A stretch of 63,582 nucleotides of DNA, counting the filler, from Klebsormidium nitens (Eukaryota; Plantae; Klebsormidiophyceae): the NCBI GenBank assembly GCA_000708835.1. It is 4 parts of 4 records of this genome, joined end to end, with 100 filler letters (N's around TTAATTAATTAA, not from the genome) between each part and the next. Parts side by side here need not be neighbours in the genome. Positions count along the whole stretch, not along the records: positions 47,669 to 58,446 come from DF238154.1; positions 58,547 to 63,582 come from DF238357.1; 2 more parts are not named here. One strand, written 5' to 3'. The position numbers and the translations under genes are program-made. The first letter of the stretch is position 1, and every line of letters begins with the position of its first letter. Below the pieces are notes generated by a model, which saw nothing but the letters and a program-made list of their open reading frames with translations, had not been told where the DNA came from and did no database searches. Of this stretch, positions 55,501-63,582 are shown piece by piece.

Positions 55501-56849
55501 TTCGCCTACGCTCGTAAATCTCATCAAAAACAATGAATGTGAAATCACATGCGGGCTTTCCCTTATGGAATATATGGCCGAAGTGTCTGCTGGTTTCCAT
55601 GAGAATACACATTATCCATGGAGAAAGCACAATAGAAAAGCCATCTTGTTGGTTGAATTTGGAAACAGATGCATCAAAGAGCATATTCTCTAATTCGTGG
55701 GCTCTTGGAAGCAAGAAACCGATGCTATAAACTTTCTTATAGGCTTCATCTTGCTAGCTTTCGCGAATTTTGATTGATGCAAAATTGTTGAAGTAATAAA
55801 ATTGTTTTCAACCTACCATATGCAGCTCTAAGGTGCGCTACTAAAGGATTCTACACGCTAGGCATATGCTGACCTTTTAATTGCTTGAATCCCGTCCGAG
55901 CGTACAACAGCTGAAAGGAAGCAACTTTTGAGGCTAAAAAACCAGCGCAGGATGCTTTTTTCAAACACGGGAGTCAAATGCTGTTCAATGCGTGGATCGG
56001 TACCTCAAATTTGTTAAGTTTTAAGATCTTTCATTTTGCCACCCAAACTCTTATGCTGAAGTTCTTTGCTATCTTCTTTTGCAGGAAGAAGGCAAAGAAG
56101 ATAGCCGTGTTTGGTTCACGCTCATGCTTGGAACCTACGAGGAATTCAACCACCCTCACACACAAGCGCCTTCACAAAAAAAGCGCTTAAGTCTCTCCAA
56201 GCATTTCTTAGTATGAGTACAATCACATGATAATGGTTCAAGTCAAGTCCAATATCGTAGCCAGGTCTACTCCAATTTAGTCCAAGTCTATCATAACCCT
56301 TAGATACGTGGATACTCTGATCGACGGCCTAGCTTTCACTCAGTCCAACCAACTCCCATCGAACAGTCCACACAAATCGGGTCTTGATCTCTTGCATCTA
56401 CCTTTTTCTTGAATCTCCCAACTTCCTCCAAATCTGTTTGGTCTCAATCTGCCAACTACGTTGGCTATTTGATCTTAACGTGCCAAGTACACATGGTCCC
56501 TTTCATCTTAATCCATCAAGCACTCAACTTCTTTTATCTTGATCTGCCAAGCACTCAGCTCCTTGATATCTTAATCTTTCAAGCACTAAATCCTTTTCAT
56601 CTTAATCTGCCGACCTTAATACCTTCTCTCTTAATGTGCCAAGCCTTCAACTTCTTTCATCTTAATGCGTCAAGCCCTCACTCTCTTTCATCTCAATCTT
56701 ACAAGTAGTTATTCTCTTTGTCCTTAATGTCCACAATTTGGCCGTAAACCAACCTTGATCTCAACACTCCCACGCAGACAAACGGTCCCACTCACATCTA
56801 GCCATTTCTCCTTGCTCGCTTCTTAGATCTTCAAGTGTTACCCAACCCG

Positions 56850-57960
56850 TCTTGCTTTCCCAAAACTTTCCTGATGCCGCACGTGCCCTCTCTGGATACC
56901 GTTTGTCGCCCGTCCCCGGCGACATCATTTTCCCGCTTTCAACCTTGTCCAGAATCCGGTTGATCCGTGCTCTTACGCTTCCGCTGCGGTTGCTCCCATG
57001 GTTTCCATTGCCGCTCCCACGGCTTCCATTGCGCCGTGCTTTTTTGTCTTTTTCTCTGGTGGAGACTCCGTTTCTCTGACGCTCACATCCACCCGTTGGG
57101 TCTCCTTCACCCCGTCGTCCGACTCATCGTCCGACTCAAGGTCAACCTCAATGACCTTGACCGGCCTCACCTCCGCTCCACTCTCACTTTCGGTTTCGGT
57201 GCCATCTTCCCAAACCAGCGCTCCGTCTTGACTGGCCCCTTGACCGCCAAGAACGCTCTTGCCTTGTTAAACGTTGCAATCTTCCACAATCCGCCGTGTT
57301 GCACCGCATCCGTGCTCCCACCGCCTCCCATCTCAAATCGGGCAATCCCCTTTTCAAAGGAGATCCTTACGCCCGCGTCTGTTGCTCGCCGCATTGCGAA
57401 CAAGTTTGCTCTGGCTCCCGGAACGTGCCAAACGTCGTTTAAGGTCACCTTGCCCGCTCCGTTTGGCGTCTCACACTCCAAGACAACTTCCCAATCCCCA
57501 CCGCCATCAAGGCTTCTCCTCCAAGCCCCTCAATTTTGTGCGCACGCGCAACCCGTTCGTAGCATGCAAAGTGCCTCTTATCCGGCGTAATGTGTTGAGT
57601 GCTTCTCGAGTCAACAAGCCACACATCCGCCGGCACCCGCGCCTCTTTGCGCCACGCCGTAAACGCCACACCGACAAACTCCTTCCGCTGCAGGCGGTCC
57701 TCACTACCGCTCGTTGCACCACCTCGAAGCTTCCTACACACCGAGTTTATATGGCCCCTTTCCCCACAATTGAAGGTCTCCACGTTCCGGTTCCGGCAAT
57801 GGGCCCGAATGTGGCCCTTCTCTGCGCAAGCATAGCACGTCCTCGGATCGAGACCGCCTTCACGCCTCGCCCCTGCTGTTAAACCTCCCCGCTCACTTGA
57901 CCCCTTGTTAACGGTCTCAATCGTTCCCGGTTGGCAACAGATGCCTTACCCATACTCTCC
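56850..57960 (-). mobile_element. Ty1/copia gag-protease fragment
   Basis: Knuckles CYACAEKGHIRAHC and FNCGERGHINSVC; protease WLVDSRSTQH (DSG mutated); LNDVWHVPGARANLF. Confidence 0.85.
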
Positions 57961-58594
57961 TTCTCCTTCTCCTCCGGAGCTCTTAGCTCTCCTTCCTTTT
58001 GCTCCTTCTACATGAGCTTAGGCTAAATTGTGTCAGAATTCGGTGATTATAGTCAACCGAATTAATGTGTGATTAGGGTTCGGCCCTAGTTAGGTTTAGA
58101 ACTAGTGAGCGCCGGCGTGGTGCATGGCGGTTAGACGGTTAAACCGTTAAGCGGTTTGGAGGTTAGGCGGTTGAGAGCGGCCGTAAGTGTTAGCCGTAGA
58201 TGAGGATATCGAAGGCTAAGATTGAGTGTGACTGTGAGCTAGGCTACTAGTGAGCCTAGTAATGTTTGACTTAGGCTAGTGAGCCTAGTAGGCTAGAGAG
58301 CCTACTGGAATGGGAGAGGTCCGTGAGACAATAGTGGAGAGAAACGCTATCATGATACATCATTCTAAGAGAAGTCTGTGGAGAGAAGGAAGCCGCTTGT
58401 GAGGCGCTTCGTCTATTGCTCTTTGGATGCATGGCTGCCATCAATGNNNNNNNNNNNNNNNNNNNNNNNNNNNNNNNNNNNNNNNNNNNNTTAATTAATT
58501 AANNNNNNNNNNNNNNNNNNNNNNNNNNNNNNNNNNNNNNNNNNNNCACCCAAGGTGCCTTCATCAGGGACTCTTAGAATTGGTGCCGTTACAA

Positions 58595-58605
58595 TGGTAT
58601 CAGAG
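58595..58605 (+). promoter_or_regulatory. Primer binding site complementary to the initiator tRNA-Met 3' end
   Basis: TGGTATCAGAG, 1 nt after the LTR-terminal CA. Confidence 0.9.
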
Positions 58606-58670
58606 GTCTAAGCTCCTCTCCTGTGAGTATAGACCAACAAGCTTCCGCAAGAAAATTCTGACAAGAAGTC

Positions 58671-59828
58671 ATGGCGGTTGTTGTGGACAACCCCAGAGAG
58701 AATTCCCAGGAAGGAGAACTGGGACTCGATGATCAACAGCTGGGGAATTCAGCTGGAGGAGATAACCAGCCTGGTGGGGCTGGCGAGGAAGAAGAACCCC
58801 AGGGCAACTCGGATGGAGGAGCCTCTGAGGGTGATGGCGTTCGGGATGACCAGCGGGTCGAAGAGGAGGCAGCTGTGGAAGAGGAAGCTGCCCAGGAGTC
58901 CTCAGGCTTTGCTGGCCAGAGGCCATTCAGCCCTGACCTGAAGGAGAGGGTCAGGCAACTAGAGAAGCAGCTGGCAGACCTGGTAGCTGGGAAGGCGAAG
59001 ACAGGTAGCTCTTTCCAGGGGGTCAAGCTGAGGCCAGCTGATCCACCTAAGTATGCAGGTGGTAACAAAGACGTTGTCAAGGACTGGCTAGCCACGATGG
59101 TACAGTGGTTAGGCTCAGGCAGCTGTGTGCCAGAGCAGAGGGTTCCCCTTGCCCAGACTTTCTTGACAGGAGGTGCAGCCAGTCTCTGGAGAGCTAAGAG
59201 TGCTGCCCTCCAAGCCCAGGATGTTGATATCCAGGATTGGAATGTCTTCGCCAGGACCCTGGAGCAGGCCTTTGGGCACCAGGATCCAGAGCAGAATGCA
59301 AGGGACAAGTTGGATGTCCTCAAGCAGACTGGCTCAGTGGAGGATTATGCTAACAAGTTCCAATCTTTGGTGGCTGAGATTGTTGCTATGCCTCCCTCAG
59401 AGGGTGACTTGCTGCAGAAGTTCAGAAATGGGCTGAAGCCAGACATTCAGATGGCAGCAAGCATTGATCCTGTCACAGGCACTAGGTGGATGAACTTGCA
59501 GAAGTTCATTTCTTTTGCTTGTGCTACTGACGCTTCTAGGGCCCAGGCTACTAAAGGGAAGCAGGCTAGTGACAAGTCAGAGCAGGGGAAGTCCTCTGGC
59601 TCAGTGGCTAGTTACAAGGAGAAGCTCAAGGGCAAGAGGCCTAATGAGTCATCCCAGAGCCAGCCAGCCAAGAAGCCTAAGACAGGCCAGGATAAGCAGA
59701 AGTCAGAGCAGAAGGCTAAGGATTGGGAGCACAATTCGTGCTTCCTTTGCCATAAGCCAGGCCACAGGGCTAAGGAGTGCCCTGATAGGCCTAAGAATAG
59801 CAGAGTGGATTTTGCGAAGGCCAAGTAA
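58671..59828 (+). CDS. Gypsy Gag
   Basis: Intact 385-aa ORF with a retrotransposon gag core (PPKYAG...FLTGGAASLW...LKQTGSVEDYANKF) and CCHC CFLCHKPGHRAKEC. Confidence 0.92.
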   Translation: MAVVVDNPRENSQEGELGLDDQQLGNSAGGDNQPGGAGEEEEPQGNSDGGASEGDGVRDDQRVEEEAAVEEEAAQESSGFAGQRPFSPDLKERVRQLEKQLADLVAGKAKTGSSFQGVKLRPADPPKYAGGNKDVVKDWLATMVQWLGSGSCVPEQRVPLAQTFLTGGAASLWRAKSAALQAQDVDIQDWNVFARTLEQAFGHQDPEQNARDKLDVLKQTGSVEDYANKFQSLVAEIVAMPPSEGDLLQKFRNGLKPDIQMAASIDPVTGTRWMNLQKFISFACATDASRAQATKGKQASDKSEQGKSSGSVASYKEKLKGKRPNESSQSQPAKKPKTGQDKQKSEQKAKDWEHNSCFLCHKPGHRAKECPDRPKNSRVDFAKAK

Positions 59829-62800
59829 AGGAAAGTGAGGCTTTGTTTGGACAGATAAGTCAGAAGATTAACCGTGTGAAGAACCAGAGAGTTGATCTCT
59901 CCCCTAAAATGTTTCAGCAGGTTCAACAGTTAACCGGAAGAGACTTCACGAAGTTCGTGAGCTCTCAAGGTGTTCTTCATTCTTCAGACTTCCACTCACT
60001 TGATCAGATGTCTTTTCACGATCTCTCTGGCCATCATTCTTGGTTGAATGCAGTCAGAAGTGAACTGAGATCTTGTTTGTTACATTATCAAGACTGTAAA
60101 AAGAAAGCTCCTTCTACAACCTCGGCTTGCATCTTAGTACCCAAGCTCAGACGTGGTTCTGTGGGTACTCTGTTGCATCGATGGACAGTGGTAATGGAAA
60201 TACCCACTGGTCAATTGATACATGTGTGGAAAGATGGAAAGCTCCATCTAGAGAAGTCAAGGTATGCTATGCAAGTTCTATATGATCCAGTGCGATCAGA
60301 ACAGTTGCATCATGTTTACCAAGATGGTCGAGTGACTATGCAATTTGTTGGTAAAGCAGCTGGAACAGAAGTAGACTTTCTGTTCGACAGTGGTGCAAGT
60401 ACCAATTACGTGTCTAGTGCTTTTGCTAAGATGCATGGCCTAACCGTGAAACCCAGTGAGACTAATGTACGATTGGGCACATGGACTAGTGTCTCTGCCC
60501 AGGGCGAGTGCGCTGTGCATATCAAGCTGGGCGATTATCAAGACAGAGTGGAATGCTATGTCCTTGATATGGTAACGGATTTCCAGATGATACTTGGAGA
60601 CACGTGGTTAAACATGGTAAAAGCTACCTTCGATTATGACAGCAAGAAGTGCATCATTCGAAAGAATAACAAGAGGTTTACTCTCTCGTCTAGCACTCGT
60701 TCTATGCTTCGTCATAAATTGTCTTCTCGTGGTAAGAGAGAGCCGCCAATGCTTTCTGCTATGCAGGTGAAACGAGCGCTCAAGAGGGGCGATCAAGTGA
60801 TGATGGTTCAACTCTGTCGGGCCATCATACGTCGTTGCTATATAGAGTCGGCATTCATATCGAGTTATAGATCGCAAGCGGGAAAACGAAAATACTATGC
60901 TATCCATGATGTCACCATGTCATACACATCATCCATGATCCTTTTTTGGATTTTTGCTCGAAAATCCAAGAAAAAGCCAGAGAAGAACTGTAGCGGGGGT
61001 GTCGTGGTGGTGGCGTTTCGCACCCCCTTGTCGCAAAAGGGGGTACTTTGGTCCTTCCTTTTTCCTGCCCAAGTTGCCTAGGGAATTCCGTGCAAGTCAG
61101 AATGACAAGCACACTAGGTAGTACCGGGCAGTGAAAGAGTGAAGATGGCGGCTAAGTTGAGTCGGTTAAGCATCGACCGAGGCCCGTGATTGAGGTGCGC
61201 TCGAATTGCTTGCTTGTGGAAATACCGGAATCTTTGAAAGGATTCTAGAACTCAACTTGCACGGAATTGTGGAAATGAGCGAATGTTCCTAGCTTTTGTA
61301 CTTCGAACTCGGAATTTAGGCCGTAAGTCTAAGTCTAGGCTAAATCGTAACTTTCTAGGCTTCTAAGTCGATCGAAGCTACTTTCTAGTCTACTTCTGAG
61401 TCTAACTTGGTCGATACCTCTAGAAATCGGTTGAAGTTTGGGCCGCGCGCATCCGCCGTGGCACCAGTCTGGCAGCGGTTGCCTGCCTATGTCCGTCCGT
61501 TGTCGACCTATGTCTCTTCTGTCAGAATATTGCCGCGTATGACGTATGGAACGATCCGTGGCTCGATTTAAGCATGTGATAAATGTCAGAAAAATAGTGA
61601 CGGCCCAGTGTGACTGGCCGCAGCTGGCATCACTAGGTGAATGCGCTCTTGTCGAGGCCTTGTAGCCTCCGATGTTGTATAGCTTGACAACTCAGTGAAC
61701 TGAAATTGGACTCTCAGATCCCTGCAGATAAGAAGCTGGCTGAGCTTCTGAAGGAGTACGAGGATGTCTTCAAGCTGGAGCTACCTCGTGGGCTGCCTCC
61801 TGAGCGGAACGTGGGTCACTCCATCCCAGTGGAACCGGGTGCCCCGCCTCCGTTTCGGCCAATGTATCGGCTGAGCCCAGTGGAGCAGGCAGAGGTTAAG
61901 TCGAAGCTAACCGATCTTTTAGAGAAAGGTTTGGTTGAGCCGAGTACTTCTCCTTATGGTGCGCCAATCCTGTTCGTTGGCAAGAAGGATGGTTCTTTAC
62001 GTATGGTTTAGGATTATCGTTACCTGAACAAGATTACGATTAAGAATCGGTACCCTCTTCCCATGATTGATGACTTGCTCGACAGTATTTCTGGTATGAA
62101 ATACTTCACTTCCCTTGACTTGACGTCTGGTTATTATCAGATTCGCATCACAGAGGAAGACGTTCCGAAGACGGCTTTTCGGACGCCTTTTGGTTTGTAT
62201 CGGTTCAAGGTGTTAACTTTTGGGTTAACGAATGCACCTGCTACTTTCCAGTCTGTGATGAACGACATGCTCAGGCCCTACGTTAGGAAGTTTGTCGTTG
62301 TGTATCTGGATGATATCCTGATCTTCAGCAAGACGGCTGAAGAGCATCTGTCTCACCTTAGACAGGTTTTACAGACGTTAAGGGAAAACCAGTTTTATGC
62401 AAACCCGAAGAAGTGTGACTTTATGAAGGAAGAGATTTCTTTCCTGGGTCATCGGGTTAGCGCTAACGGTCTCAAGGTTGACCCAAAAAAGGTTCGAGCA
62501 GTGGCTGATTGGAGGGTTCCAAGAGACGTCCATGGTGTTCGTTCATTTCTTGGGTTAGCGAACTACTTTCGAAGGTTTCTTCAAGGTTATTCAAAGATGG
62601 TTGTCCCACTAACCGACTTAACCAGAAAGGGTATGCGTTTCATATGGACCAGCGAATGCCAAGAGGCATTCGAAAAGGTTAAGCACGCCCTGACTAATGC
62701 ACCTGTCTTGACGCCCCCAGAGTTGGGAAAACCTTTCGAAGTGGTTTCGGACGCTTCTGGTGTTGGGTTAGGGGCGGTTCTGTTACAGGACGGACGTCCG

Positions 62801-63498
62801 GTAGCTTTCGAAAGCAGGAAGCTTTCTCCTGCTGAACAGAATTATACCGTTACCGAACAAGAGATGCTTGGAGTGGTTCATGCTTTGAGGACCTGGCGAT
62901 GTTATTTGGAAGGCAGTGATTTCACCGTTGTGACAGATCACTGCCCCAATACCTTCTTCGATACTCAGGTGAACCTGTCAAGACGGCAGGCCCGCTGGTC
63001 AGAGTTTCTTTCCAGATTCAAATTGGATTGGGAATACCGTCCTGGAAGGACGAATGTTGCCGATCCCTTGAGTCGAAATCCCTTACAGTCAGTCTTGCTG
63101 TGCTTTATGAGGGGGAAGAAACGAGCCGGGGGAAAGGGGCTGCAGACCTGGACCCGCCGTGGCGCCAACGAGCATGTATCTTCAGTTAAAGTTACCAACC
63201 CTGATGTTTCCAGTGTAGATCTGCTGGAGTTGTTTAGGGAAGGATACGTGGCTGATGCTTGGTTCCAATCGAGTGACAACCTGGATGGGTTGGAGTATTC
63301 GACTGAAGATGGTTTGTGGTATCTCGATAACCGTGTAGTTGTGCCTGCTGGTGCGGCTCGTGAGAGAGTTCTAGAGGAAGCTCACGACTCACCTTACAGC
63401 GGACATTTCGGGAAACACAAAGTTTTGCATCAGATTAATCAAAACTTTTGGTGGCCTGGTTGGAGGAAGGATGTTGAAAGTTATGTGTTCGGTTGCCT
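59801..63498 (+). pseudogene. Gypsy Pol (methyltransferase-like domain, PR, RT, RH, IN start), interrupted by a solo LTR and a premature TAG
   Basis: Frame is -1 relative to gag. Removing 60815-61693 restores the frame (VQL/SELKLDSQ). In-frame TAG at 62009-62011 in RMVxDYR; open from there to VESYVFGCL at 63498. Confidence 0.9.
60815..61689. mobile_element. Solo LTR inserted in pol
   Basis: TGTC...GACA termini; ACTC duplicated at 60811-60814 and 61690-61693; excision restores the pol frame. Confidence 0.8.
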
Positions 63499-63582
63499 TG
63501 TAACGGCACGACTGCGCACCGACTCCCGGCTGCGCGCTGAACTCGCGGCCGCGCATCGTCCGTTATTATACGCTATCGACTT
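63499..63582 (+). mobile_element. Start of an LTR (TGTAACGGCAC) truncating the integrase
   Basis: TGTAACGGCAC is the exact reverse complement of the LTR end GTGCCGTTACA at 58583-58593; no polypurine tract precedes it. Confidence 0.7.

Larger units (their letters stand above)
58547..63498 (+). mobile_element. Ty3/gypsy LTR retrotransposon (LTR end, PBS-Met, gag, extra domain, PR, RT, RH, truncated IN)
   Basis: LTR end ...GTGCCGTTACA (58593); PBS TGGTATCAGAG (58595-58605); gag ORF; FDSGAS; RT YLDD (62303-62314); RH DASG...EQEML; IN AHDSPYSGH. Confidence 0.95.

Noticed and set aside
58010-58446. Repetitive CTAG-rich stretch as the 5' LTR of the gypsy element
   Set aside because: It lacks the expected TGTAACGGCAC start and is separated from the LTR end by a gap; it is LTR-like but cannot be assigned.

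Overview
Intron-rich eukaryotic nuclear DNA with plant/green-algal gene content. It most resembles a charophyte alga such as Klebsormidium (inference) and contains six scaffold gaps. Six spliced host genes can be reconstructed from GT-AG boundaries and motifs: a membrane hybrid histidine kinase (+, ~1.4-8.5 kb), a PAO/PTC52/TIC55-family Rieske oxygenase (-, 9.7-16.3 kb), the SUMO E3 ligase NSE2/MMS21 (+, 24.5-26.5 kb), a purple acid phosphatase (-, 27.5-32.8 kb), an SCP-type CTD phosphatase (+, 37.8-41.2 kb) and a KDM4-type JmjN/JmjC demethylase (+, 43.5-47.6 kb, cut by a gap). The rest is largely LTR retrotransposon. The standout is a decayed gag-protease element at ~19.1-23.5 kb whose polyprotein carries a DNMT3-like C5 cytosine methyltransferase. 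A second Ty3/gypsy element (58.5-63.5 kb) carries a ~135-aa insert between Gag and protease that looks like a degenerate Dam/DIRS-type N6-adenine methyltransferase; this call comes from motif recognition only. That element also has a candidate -1 frameshift site, a strongly CpG-depleted gag and a solo LTR inserted in pol. Nested Ty1/copia remnants fill 47.7-58 kb. All assignments were made by eye; no database searches were run.
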